Positions 1 through 12,649 of a stretch of DNA of 64,000 nt are shown one piece after another. The DNA comes from the human T2T-CHM13v2.0 reference genome, Homo sapiens, in assembly GCF_009914755.1 (NCBI RefSeq), contig NC_060929.1, one strand, 5' to 3'. Below the pieces are notes generated by a model, which was not told the origin of the DNA, did no database searches, and worked only from the letters and a program-made list of their open reading frames with translations. The position numbers and the translations under genes were made by a program. The stretch's first letter is position 1. The number at the start of each line of letters is the position of its first letter.

Positions 1-254
1 CAAATTAGTAGCAATAAAAGATGATTTCATCTTCATGATCAGCAGTTTTCAGTGTTCACTAACAACTTCACAAATGGTGTAAAGCTTAAAACTGTAGGGT
101 CATCTATAAAAACCTATTAAAAGGAAACAGTTGGCAGCAGTTGATAATATGTTTCTTTGATTGTTTTCACATATGTAGTAATACTAATAGTAGTAGGAGT
201 ACTAGTAGCAGCAGCAGTAGTAGGAACTCGAGGTAAAGGAGGAAGCGGAGTGTG

Positions 255-380
255 ACCGTTTAATAGGTACTGCAATAATGAACTAAGTACTTTACATGCA
301 TTATTACATGTAATGCCCAGTAGATGTTTTATTGTTAGTACTAGGAGGAATTTCAAGATATTAAGAAACTTAAGTCTGAA
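255..380 (-). mobile_element. MIR fragment
   Basis: Degenerate MIR-like motifs (ctaagtactttacatgcattatta ... gaaacttaagtctgaaag). Confidence 0.45.
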
Positions 381-408
381 AGCCCCCAGAATATATTGTT
401 TAACTTAC

Positions 409-428
409 TTGACATCGTTCTGAACGAA
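409..428 (-). other. Candidate 20-nt micro-exon containing an ATG
   Basis: Minus strand: CTGAC branch-like motif (459-455), pyrimidine tract TCTTCTTTCTTCTTTCTTTCAG, exon TTCGTTCAGAACGATGTCAA, donor GTAAGT (408-403). ATG at 415-413 with A at -3. Two CpGs retained. Confidence 0.6.
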
Positions 429-673
429 CTGAAAGAAAGAAGAAAGAAGAGTAAGTCAGATGGTGGCCACATATCTTCTTTTTATTCATAAAAGCGACAT
501 AGAAGAAAATCATATTTCTGACAAGTGGGTTTCCCAATGATCTGCTAAATTAGACACATTGACTTACCCTGGAGGAACAGAGTAGAGTGTATGTTCCTTA
601 AGATTACTCCCTCCGAAGAGGAGGAAACCAGGCAGACGTGAGCTGTGTGTGCTGAGCTTCTCCTTCCACTCAC

Positions 674-697
674 CATTCAAGTTGGGGATCCATGCTC
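674..697 (-). other. Candidate 24-nt micro-exon, with an alternative donor at 568
   Basis: Minus strand TTCTTTCTGCTTCAG|GAGCATGGATCCCCAACTTGAATG|GTGAGT, with ATG (693-691) in strong Kozak context AGCATGG. A second donor CAGG|GTAAGT at 568/567 would give a 130-nt exon. Confidence 0.5.
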
Positions 698-816
698 CTG
701 AAGCAGAAAGAATGTGGGACTGTAATAGGCCGGCAGGGTAACACTAACGTGATGCGAGACTGGAGAAGAAAGGTCCTCCATATTCCACAGTCTCAGATTG
801 TTGATTCTGTTGCTGT

Positions 817-859
817 TGTTTACTTGCTTGTTTAATCCACCAGGCTTAACCGTTAAGCC
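817..859. promoter_or_regulatory. Forkhead motif plus 17-bp palindrome with MYB/OVOL-like core
   Basis: TGTTTAC at 817-823; GGCTTAAC-C-GTTAAGCC at 843-859 contains AACCGTTA. CpGs are more frequent here than in the flanks. Motif match only. Confidence 0.3.
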
Positions 860-2644
860 CATGTTCAAGGTGTGGTGATAGTTTTCTTAAAATATGCGAC
901 CAACAATCTATCAAATCAAAGACTCCTGTTCCCTTCCCAATAAAGTTATTCCCTAAATGTAAATCTAAAAGGCTTGGAGTATGTTCTTCAGAGCGCCTGT
1001 TAACAGTAGAGATTTTTCCCTCAGAGGGCAATAAGTTCATGTCTTTTCTCAGAAGATGCACTACAGCACACAATACATTATAAGAAAAAAAAAAGCAAGC
1101 ATATTTCATTATATTATATTATCATGGTATTATATTTCTCCAGAGAGGCAAGGTTCATATTAGATTTTCCATTAGGCCTTGAATCTTAGTCTATTTCCAT
1201 CCATCATGCCAAATATTTCTGGAGCAATACTTTCTATGGACCAATCTGATAATGAAAGGAGAAAATGTATTTGAGGATACAGGAGAATCAGCTATGAAGT
1301 GGTTAAGGGCATGTTGTTGAAGGGATAAATGGATATAAAAAAATATGAAACAGGTTGTTGGTAGTAGCTGACCTTTAGTTACAGAAGAGTGAATGGAAGC
1401 ACTGCCCATATCAAATATAACATCAGTTCCAAACTTTAATAAATTGCCTTTAAAAGATAAGATTAGTTTTGTCATTAAAGTGTAAAAAGGTTTGAGTGCG
1501 ATCACACTTTAATCTGTTCCTTTATTTTGAAAAGTGGCAATTTGGTTCTTTTTCAAGACCACATTTTGTTTGTGTGGCTTTCCTTCAAGATCTAGCAAGT
1601 GACACATCATGCAATTCAAATTTAATTTAATCTTTGCTTGGCTTCTTTAATTAAAATAGAGAGAGGATGAGGTCTCTTACATTGTCTATAAATACATCTT
1701 TCATAAATAGAACATTTATAAAAGTGCTGAGTATGTTATGAGTGATGAAGTCTATTCAAAATTGAGATCAGAAGATGTTCATCCATTGACTCATATGAGG
1801 CAATAGCTTCCATGTCTATTAAATTTTAAAATAACAAACTGTTCTTATGAAACGATCTTATAGCAGATTTAATTTTTCCCAAAGATATATATAAAACATT
1901 ATTTTCTGAGTTTGGAGTATGGCTCTTCTTTGTAGGTAGGTAGAAAGATCAATTTATTAAAATAGTACTTACTGGTTTCTAACATGTACCTGGGACCTCA
2001 TAATAAAAATTAAGTTTACACTAAGGAACTTGATACAATATTCCAGGATAGTAGAGTCTAGTTGTAAATATGTGATCTAAATTGTATTTTAGGCAAATAT
2101 TTTACAAAAAAATTAGAAAATACTGTGGTAAACAAGTAAGAACTGGGAATTAGGGGGTCTAATATTTAAAAGTAGAATAAATTAATGTTGAGATGTTACT
2201 GTAATTATCGGTATGGGGCATTTACAGCGTATTTATGTCATTAAGCGAGTTTAAAAATGAAAAAGAAAGATCTTGAGTAAAACTGAGTTTGTTTCTGAGC
2301 ACTGAGTTTGGACATCATACTGCTTGGACATCATCGTGGAGATTCCTAGTAAGCAGTTGCAAACCTGGATCCCATGCTCAGTAATGAGGTCCCAGCTACA
2401 CATAGAGATTTGAGATACATTAACTTTCTTGTGATAATTGAAACATAACTAGCAGAGCTACCCCTCTTATTGTTGGTAAATCATCCATAGAGTAAGTAAG
2501 AGTAAGATAAGTTGATAATTATGGAAAATGGTAAAATAATAAGAAAGGTTTTCAAGGCAGTAGTCTTCAAAGAATTCTGAGGAAAGAATATCAGAGCAAC
2601 TGTAGGAACCAATGATCCAGACAAACCTCAAAGTATAGGTGTCA

Positions 2645-2940
<296 letters not shown>

Positions 2941-5303
2941 AAACTATAGGTGACATATAATATCAAACATATTTCTGTTAGTATTAAATTTAAAGTTTTT
3001 TTATTGCTATTCTGAGACTAAAGGAAATAAGAAACAGCTCTATGGATCTATGTTATTGAGCATATGAATGGTGACCTGGGCAGTATAGGTAACATCTCAG
3101 AAGTGATGGTTTGAAAATGCTCCCCTCAATGGTTCCTGTAAAGACATTTTTCTGCCTTACTCGGGTTATACTTGGGAGACTTTGATTATTATTAGTCAAC
3201 AGTAGGACTCAAACAGCTGTCTCTGAGTCAATTTGCCATAGATATTGGTAGTTTCGTCTCTTGTTCATTGGTTTATTTCATTCAGAAGGATTATGATGAC
3301 TTCTTTTGTTTCTTTTCAATTTCCTACTCACTTTCAGTCATAAATCAACCTGTAAGGTCCCAACTGACAACTAGGTGAGTATTAGACAAGCCTGGGTACT
3401 GTGAATTTGGAGTGACTTAAGTATCTGCTTTTCATCAGAGATAGGGACTCATTTCCAATGTAGTAGAAGATGGCTCTCTTAGAAAAAACATATTTCTACT
3501 TTTATACATCAAACATGTCTATCTACTTGCAAACAAAAAATATCAAGGCTATTGCCCAATCCCTGTGAATCTACCATAGGGTATTCTAAAATTGAAGTTA
3601 AATTTTATGATGCTATTAAGCACGTTACTTTTTTTCTTCCCAAATGCATGCATAAAATGTTATTTTGTAGAATTCAAAAATTTGGAGGAGGTTATATATT
3701 GTTCGTGTGTGTCTGTGCTTGTGTGCTTGAACGCATCTAATTTAACCACTTTAATTTAGTCAAGTTTGCTAACAACTTTATTCATAGGGAAAGGGAAAAT
3801 ATCTCATATTATAGATAAGGAAACTGAGGCTTGAAGAGTTAATAAACTCCAATTACATAGTAAGTTCCCTAATTTGACTTTGTATTGCACTCAAAACAGT
3901 CCCTGGCCATTAGCAAACCCAAGAGGAAGTTTGTGACTAAATGAATGACTATAATTAATCACACTGACTTGCATAGTCACAAAATGTGCTCCAAAAATTG
4001 TCCATCAGGTGTGAATATTTCTGGAACTTAATGCACACAACATGTATTTTGATTCTGATAATGAAAAATGTGGGAGTTTATAAAATGTCATTTAAAAAAT
4101 CTTCATTATCATTTATCATTTTATCTCAAGAGCAGCTAGAAACACTATATATACGTAATCAATTCCCTAAATTTGTATAAAGAATTATCATCTTTATTTG
4201 AAAAGGGGTATAAACTACCAGAAAGGTCAATTGTTTTAGGTGGTTGAGAAAATACAAAAGCTGGATTATTTCAGTTATGAAATCGAATAGTGTAACACTA
4301 GCTTGTTGAAGGAAATAGCTAGATACCTGAATCCCTGGCAGCATGCATTTCCACCAACACTTTAGTTTTTCATTGACATGATGGATTTCACTAAACTCAT
4401 CTATTTGTTCAGTGAAATAAATATTATCAAAAGCCTATTGTTCGTTGGTCAACAACAACAAAAAAAATTGTTCAGTTCCTGACTTTATTATGAGAACAGA
4501 ATGTACTTTTATCCTTTTCCTGTCAACAGCATACTTTGGTATTTTGACAATGGAAAGAAAATGAATTGCATTATATTGCAACCAACATCATTTTAATAAT
4601 TTTATTCTTTTGGCATATGTAAATTTTCCCTAGAATGTAAAAAGAGTTCTTCTTGATATAAGTACATGCTTGGAACTAATTTAGAATCACCAAGCCAATG
4701 CCTAAGAAATCAATAGTGGGATCCCAGTTTATACAAGTCTTGGCCAAACAGAATTCTTCATAATATGTAGACCTAGCTATAAAGGTTCAATGGTAAATTT
4801 TCTAGTATTAATCAATAAATACAGCCCATTTCATTTGTGTAACTCAAGTAACTTTTAGGTATTCTCATTCATTTTGAATGTCTTATAATTTTTGTGCTTC
4901 TCAAACTCTCAAAGGCATATGGTGATATGAGGGACAATCCTGAAACAACAAGAGAAACTAGATAAATCTCCTAGGATCTCTTATTTGACTCAAATATTTA
5001 CATGGAAATCCAGTTTTATATTTTAAAAATGATAATTTTAGATAGAAAAATTCAAGTATCACATACGTTTTTGAAGAAATTTTAGAAGGGAATCTTACAA
5101 TGAAATTCCACCACTGCCTACCTGCTCAGACCCAGTTTCACTCATTCACCAAGTGGGACCTCCTGCTCCAGGCCTTTTAGAGGACATCTCATTATCTACA
5201 TATGCCTTCTTTCTCATAAATCCCAGCTTTTGCCCTGAAATGGCTCAACACAGAATATCATTCTCTTGCATCTTTTCCTGGCTAACTTGTATTCCTATAA
5301 GAC

Positions 5304-5656
5304 TGTATTAGTCTGTTCTCACACTGCTGATAAAGACATACCCAAGACTGGGTACTTTATAAAGAAAAAGAGGTTTAATGGACTCATAGGTCCACGTGGC
5401 TGAGGAGGCTTCACACTGATGGTGGAAGGCGAAAGGCACTTCTTACAGCAAGAGAGAATGAGAACTAAGCAAAAGGAGTTTCCCCTTATAAAACTACTAG
5501 ATCTCATGAGACTTATTCATTACCATGAGAACACTATGGGGGAAACCGTCCCCAAGGTTCAGTTATCTCCCACTGGGTCTCTCCCACAACATGTGGGAAT
5601 TATGGGAGCTACACTTCAAGATGAGATTTGGGTGGGGACACAGCCAAAGCATATCA
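5304..5656 (-). mobile_element. THE1 (THE1C-like) solo LTR, ERVL-MaLR
   Basis: Reverse complement runs TGATATGCTTTGGCTGTGTCCCCACCCAAATCTC...GAACAGACTAATACA; 5-bp TSD AAGAC (5299-5303 / 5657-5661). Confidence 0.93.
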
Positions 5657-6919
5657 AAGACTCACTGCCAACTTCATCTCTTCTCAAACCTTCCCTACCT
5701 GCTTTTATGGAGCCATTCCTGTACTCTGGATTACCACAGCTTCCCATGCATAGTTCCTTTAAAGCTTTCCTTATGCTATATTGTAGACTTATCCACCACT
5801 TTTACTAGACAATGTGCTTCTTGAAGACAAAAGCAGTATATTTTATCTTTGCATGTCTACCTTTTAATCAATTTATACTTTCTTTCTCATCTCCCCACAG
5901 CCCTCAGTAAGGTATTTAATACCCATATGCAATCTGGCTGAGGTTTGGACTAAAATCACTCTATCATAACATCTTATAAATATTAAATATTAAGATATTT
6001 ATAATTTATGTCATACCTGTTTCTAAAAGTAATGAGGCAGCTTTAAAATGTACCTGAGCAAATATATATCACAAACCCAAGACTAGGTAACTAAATGATA
6101 TTTTATGGATCTCAATTAGTTGCCATTAACTTTGTCAGCTTTGAATGTGTGAAATTATTAATTGGACATTAAACCTTAATGTGAAATTATTTGAAAGTCA
6201 TCTTTTGTCTTATATTATACAGGAGAGAGTGTGTTATCAGTATTTTGGAATTTAGCATAACAATGTCATGTACCAAATGTATGGGGACCAATTGAATAAC
6301 ATTACAACATCACAGCAGGAAGTAATTCTTGTCACAAATATTTCCAGAGGTAATTCTTGATTTAGTTATTTTGCCAGTGGATGTGTCAAGTTCCATATAA
6401 ATGAATGTTGGTTCCCTTGTGGAAAGAGAAAATTAGTAACTAAAAGAGGAGCCTTTAAAGGGGCAAAATCTTTTAAAAGTGATCCATTTCTATATATTCC
6501 TACATGGAAGAATATGGCTGGAAACCTTAATTTATTATGAAGAGGCCAACACATATTATTTTTGATTTTGAAAAAATTGAAGTTAATGTATTTTGTAACA
6601 CATGAAGATTATTAACATAAGGATAAGTGGTATAGTATATGAGAAGAGAAAAATATAGAATTTTTTTTTCTAGGTTGGAAGAATCTCTTCACTTGTTCAT
6701 GCCAAAGAAAAGCTTTAAATTTTTTTCAGCTTTCAAATCGTGCACAGTTATATTTGTTAAATATAATATGTAAAGTTTTGATTATTATAATGGCTAGTAT
6801 GTAAATGATGCTGCTTAACAAACTTCTATCTGGATAACATCTGCTATAGTAAAAACATACAATTTTTATCATTTCAACCACAACAGTATTTTCCCTTTTA
6901 TGGCTTATATAAATTTGTA

Positions 6920-7625
6920 TCTATACCACACACTTTCAGTACTTATACCATAGGTTCTTTTGTCTACCTCTAAACAACAAAACCAAGACTTATAGCAGGG
7001 GATGCCTCCCACTGCTGCAGCTGGGTTCAAGGTCATAATAATATTAATTGACTCCTCTGGCAGCAATTCTGGGTTACAGTCATCCTCAGACATCGTGTTT
7101 GCTGGTCTAGGCTGCTTGCTTAATGGGGAAATCACTGATGGGTCTGAGCACCTGGTGACCATGCCCTCGATGATTGCTAATATTATCTTTTCATGGTTTA
7201 TTACCAAGCATGCAAACACCAAGAGGTGCCTGGTGGCTTCCTTGAATTCCAAACATTCCTCCTACCACCATCATATACAGACCCCTCGATCTACTTCTGA
7301 GCAACAGGGTTAATTACCGCTGCCAGTGTAATAATTCCCTTTTAAACTTGAGATCTAGTGGCATAAAGAACCCTGAATGACTAGGTGTCATCCATAGCAT
7401 TAGGCTAGATGAACTCTGAGTGTGTCACCTGATGGAAGGTCCTCCCCACTGAGAACCAGGATCTTTAATCTGGCAGATCCTGAAGTTGAGCAAACAGGCA
7501 ACATAAATTCCCCAAGTGAGCAACTGTGAGTGAGGATGAGAGGGTGTGACAGGTGCGGGTGATACCCTATCATACCCTCCTCATCTTCAATGCCCCAATA
7601 CTTAGCATGACTTCTGGCTGCCAGC
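6920..7625 (-). mobile_element. ERVL-class internal remnant (3' pol region)
   Basis: Degenerate similarity to ERVL pol 3' sequence; appears to continue after the inserted LTR into the integrase fragment at 7980-8730. Confidence 0.55.
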
Positions 7626-7629
7626 ATCT

Positions 7630-7970
7630 GCATGTCTTTGCTGGAATGCCAGGGAATTAAAGCCTCCAGGAGCAGTCCTCAACAAGTTACTGGCTGGAGT
7701 TGGAATAAGAATGTCCCAGATCCCTCACTTCTTGGTGGCTTAACTACGAGCCATGCGTTTTACCTGGGCTCACAGATTTATCCTATGAGATACAAACTTG
7801 TTATCCATAGTGGAAAGAGTGTGATACAGCAGCATTTATTATCCCCTTTCCTTCTCTGTCTCACTTCTTCACACCCCCATTGGTGTGCGCTTCACTTCTA
7901 CATACATTACTTGCATTTGGATCCTCGTTTCAGTTTCACCATTTGGAGGAAGCCCCCGTTAATTCCAAGA
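7630..7970 (+). mobile_element. Old ERVL LTR (LTR16-like) inserted in ERVL internal sequence
   Basis: ggaatgccagggaattaaagcctccaggagcagtcctcaac ... ttgcatttggatcctcgtttcag resembles LTR16-family LTRs; subfamily uncertain. Confidence 0.45.
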
Positions 7971-7979
7971 TCCCATTTG

Positions 7980-8730
7980 TAATTCTAGCCCTTGGTTACT
8001 GAGTCCAAGCATTCTAGCTTAAGGATCATGGCACCACATAATTGCTACTAGTTTAAAATATATATCACACCTTGAAAGACAGTGTTCTGAACCTACAGTG
8101 TCACTCTTCTCAACCTGGTACTTACAGATGTATGTTTAAGAAACCATTCCACATTCTTTCATGCCAGTTGCTTCAGGATGAGGCAGTCTACTCAGAGAGC
8201 CAGTAGATTTTGTGGTCAGGTGCTCATCATTGCACATTCTTCACCATAAAATGGGTCCCTTGGTTAGGGCAATGTTATGTGGGATAATGAGAAATGAAAC
8301 TCTCTGTGAGCCCTCACATACTGATGCTGCCTGAGGGACTGTGAAACGGGATGACAAACCCATACATGGAGTATTATCAATCTCACCAAAGATGAACTGC
8401 TGTCACCCTCCCCACTTTGGTGGAAGATTTCAATATAATCAAGTTGCCACTCAGGAGCTGGCTTGGTTTCTCAACGAATGGTATCTTACCAAGACATGAT
8501 GTGAATCTCTGCTGCTGCTGACAGGCCATACATTTAATAGTGATAGTTAAATCAGCCCTGGTGAGAAGCAGCCCATGCTGTTGACCCATGCATATTCTTA
8601 ATCCCTCCTACTATGGCTGGTCCATTCATGGGCACATTGTGTAAGCACTTGAGTGGCACACTGTAGAGGCTAAGTAGCATCCACTGGACAGGTCATCCTC
8701 TCTACCTTATTGTTGAGAGCCCCTTCTTCA
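7980..8730 (-). mobile_element. ERVL integrase remnant
   Basis: ORF 8383-8589 (QQHGLLLTRADLTITIKCMACQQQQR) resembles the ERVL integrase zinc-finger region (AQQHGLPLTKADLA...CPICQQQR); frameshifted. Confidence 0.7.
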
Positions 8731-9991
8731 GAATTTGACGGTCATAGAAAGCTCTCAGGCAAAGAGTTGCAGCTGGACATCACTGGATCAATGTACACAT
8801 AAACGTCTAGTACCAAGCAAATGTAGGTAGAGCATTAAATGTGTTTAATACAATCCCGGACATCATAAAATACATTTATCTTTTAATCCTCCGAACAACC
8901 TTCCTGAGAATTAACTATCAAACTTCCTTTAATCCAATTAGTTAACTTTATATTAATTGACTCATAGAATCTAAATAACTTCCTATAAAACTTCAGTATT
9001 TTGATTCAAAAGCCATGTTACTTTCACTAGGTTCAGCAGCATCTACAGCTCTCCAATAGCAGATTTCCTTGATAAATTTCTGTCTTTGGTTTCAGAACAG
9101 TGAATAGAATATTGATCATAGCTGGGCCTCAATCCTTCCCAGAATATGTAATTTAGATATTATGAAGACATTAAGAATGTGTTATAAGAAATGTCAGAGC
9201 TTCCAATAAATCTCCAGAAAGCAGAACAGAAGCCATAATGTTTCCTGTTCAGGCTGAAGGAAATTACTTTCTGGTTAGGAATTAGGGGGAAAAAAAAAGG
9301 CACACACACTTAAAAGTCATTCTTTCAGAGAAAAAATTGAAAAAACTGGTAGCAACAAGTTAGAAAGTCACAGGCACAATGCATGTCCAGACACACACTT
9401 GCAAAATGACAATTTAGTGTCAGCCCACTATGTGGATTGCATTGTGAACAGTTTTGGTTGACATTCCCATTCCTTCTTTCAATAGCTATTTAAGACTTAG
9501 GCCATGAGAATGGGCAAAAAATGAATCAACCAGCCCAAAAACAGAACATAGAAGGCTGAAGGGAGTCTCAAAGACAAGCATATGGATCCTCATACTGTGA
9601 AGAAACCTACTGTCCCTACTACCTGGCTCTTTCTGTTGATTTACCATTGGGTTAGAGCATGTTGTAAGTCTCAGAATTGGTACTTCATTACCAGAAATAT
9701 AATCTGCCTGAAGAGCCATGGAACCCACATACTGCATCATGTGTGCAGTGGTAATTCGAATAAATAGTATTCTCCCCTCAAAAAACATTTTCAATTTTTG
9801 TGTTTTTTTTTCTATAATTAAAAATCAAGGCATCTTAAAATTTTCATTTTTGATTTCTGACCCTCTCAATGTAGTCCTTTCAAACTCTCTTGAAACTCTC
9901 TCTCTCTCTTTGCCATTTGCCCACATAAATTCTAAGACATCCTACCTCTGTCTTTTTGAACTCCTTGATCCCAACACTTTCTCTCTCCAAC

Positions 9992-10288
9992 TTTTTTGTT
10001 TTTTCTTTTGAGATCAACTCTTGCTCTGTGGCCCAGGCTAGATTGCAGTGGTGCGATCTTGGCTCACTGCATCCTCTGCCTCCTAGGTTCCAGCAATTCT
10101 TCTGCCACCACCAGAATAGCTGGGACTACAGGCATGGGCCACCATGTCTGGCTACTTTTTGAATTTTTAGTAGACATGGGGTTTCGCCATATTGGCCAGG
10201 CTGGTTTTGAACTCCTGGCCTCAAGTGATCAGCCTACTTCTGCATCTCAAAGTGCTGGGACCACACGCGTGACCTATCATGCCTGGCC
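9992..10288 (-). mobile_element. Diverged Alu (AluJ/old AluS)
   Basis: Reverse Alu consensus; TSD tctccaactt / tctccacctt. Confidence 0.93.
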
Positions 10289-10349
10289 TCTCCACCTTCT
10301 TTGTGCTCTTATTTTTCTCTTGTGAATAATTTTTCTTGTTTCAAAAAGT

Positions 10350-11965
10350 AAGCAAAATTTCTATAATTCAAAGAAGGCATATTATTGATTCTTGACATAT
10401 TTTGTTAAATTGTCTTCTCATACACTTTCCCATACTTTTACCAAATTTTAATTTGTTGTTGTCACACATTAATATTTGTCTTCCTGTTCTTGTAATACAT
10501 CAATATTTGTCCTCTACTATTTTCCAAAATCAGAGTGAAGACCCCTTGCCTAACCCTGCTAGCATCCAATGTGATTTGAAATAATAAATGCTAGTGTGTG
10601 TGTGTGTATGTGTGTGTGTAATCATTTACCAGTTAGGAAAAACTAAGGCTGTGTGAATTTATGCAAATTGGCTAACAGGCGGCTAGAAAGAAGCAGAGCC
10701 AGAATTTGAAACCGTAGAGTTAACTCCTAGAGTCTGCACTCTTAATAACCATCTGGAGTGCCTCTTTCAAAAGAGCTCAGAGTGTCTTGGATGTTTGAGT
10801 TCTATGAAGAGGTGGCCATACCAAGACAGCAGAACAGGGTACAGCAGGAGCATGTTATAAGGTGATGAAGGAGGTTTGAGTAAGAAAACTGCCTTTATTT
10901 TTCGGTAGTGCAGAATATGACTATTTACTTTCATTTATATTTTATAAATCCTACCTCTAGTAATTGATACTCAGTTTGCAAATTATAATATCGATGCCAT
11001 CCAATAAAATGTTATCTTATGGTGTGATTTCTTCCTATCTCTGGGAGAGTGAGGTGCTTGAACAGTCAAGGTCTTACACACACTTAGAATCTGCCTTATA
11101 GAGGCGTTAATGAAAAAAAAGTAAAATATTTCATTTGCATTCCTGAAATTCTTAAACTAATAGTGGCTAACTTAAGAATTAAACATTAATTGATTTTTAT
11201 TTTTTATTGCATATATAATACATAATCCTTAGAAAAACTTTGGGAAATAAAGATAGGCAAAATGGAAACATAAAATGACACACTGTATTTTATTTTCTTC
11301 CTTTTATATGCACACAAATATTTGTAATCTTATAAAAGTCAGATTGTATCTTATACCATGCTCTATACCCTTCTTTTCTTACTTAATATATAATAAATAT
11401 ATCTCCAAATCAATAAACTTAATTCTACAATGATATACTATCTACTTGCTATTCTGTTCTGTTATTTTAATAAATACTGAGCATCTGTTAAATGGATACA
11501 ATACCATTAGGTATTGTTTATATAATTAGGATTTTAAAAAAATCCCTCTCCTCATAGAGCTTACATTCTAAGGGCAAGAAGCTACAATAAATAATCCAGT
11601 GAGTAAATCATGCCAGGTGCGGGTAAGTACTGTGCAGAAATCTATTAAAAACTAACCAAGGAGTATGTGAGTTTCAATTTTAATTAGTCTTCTCAGAGAA
11701 AGCTTCAAGAAGAAGCTACTATTTGAGCAAAGATTTGACTTAATTAGTCTCCGGTAGTGGATACTTAGGCTGTAGTTATAATCATAAACAATGAAGCAAC
11801 AACTATGTTTGATTTTGCATATCTGCTAATTTATTCTCAGGACCAAAGAAAAAAGCAAACTTTCTGTAATTCAGAAAAGATAATATTGATTCCTGACTTA
11901 CTTTGTCAAATTGTCTTCCCACACATTTTATTTTTCCATATTCTTAACAAATTTTAATGTTGTCA
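10350..11965 (+). repeat. Dispersed direct repeat of about 115 bp (10350-10464 and 11853-11965)
   Basis: aagcaaaatttctataattca..tattgattcttgacatattttgttaaattgtcttctca..caaattttaa..tgttgtca versus aagcaaactttctgtaattca..tattgattcctgacttactttgtcaaattgtcttccca..caaattttaatgttgtca; roughly 80% identical by eye. Confidence 0.75.
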
Positions 11966-12594
11966 TTTGCTCCTTTTTAAAAACTTTGTTAATGTGATGG
12001 TGGAGAAATGTGTCTCTTTCATCTATTAAGAGATTTTATTAATTTTAAGCATTGTATATTTAATTAATATTGCTATACATTAGTCATGTCTGAAAATTCA
12101 TTTTTATAAAAAATATTATTTTTAAAGGAATATTTGATTTCTTCTGTTTTTAATCAGATGTGTGAAATACAAATATGATCCAAACCATCATCTTGTATGA
12201 GTTTGTTTTCTTTCACATTCACTAGCTGATAGCCTCTTAAAGGTAGTAATCTCACCAATGCCAGTTATAAAATGTCAGATTAACATATTTTCTGTGTTCT
12301 TCTTTCTCCATTACACCCATGTGCCAGCATTTTTTACTCATAGCCTGTTTGTCACTGCCTAGACACTCTCCTTTATTTTCACTCCTTCCTCTTCTTTTTA
12401 TTGGCCTGCATATATCCTAATAATATTTCATATTTTATCTTAATGTCATCCACCCCAAAAGTTATTTCTGGACATCAGAAATGAGTCATCTATATATCTT
12501 ATTTATTTATTTTGATATATCTTATGAAATGATTAGCACAATTAAGCTAATAAACATATGCATCACTTCTACCATGTCAAACAAAAATGGTGAC

Positions 12595-12649
<55 letters not shown>
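12595..12649. repeat. (TA)n(CA)n microsatellite
   Basis: Read directly. Confidence 0.95.

Noticed and set aside
117-356. 79-aa Thr/Ala/Pro-rich ORF
   Set aside because: Derived from a degenerate (TAG/CAG)n simple repeat and a MIR.
674-697. SMDPQLE peptide resembling dynamin ([20 protein letters not shown])
   Set aside because: The match stops after 7 residues and no other dynamin-like sequence is present; treated as coincidence.
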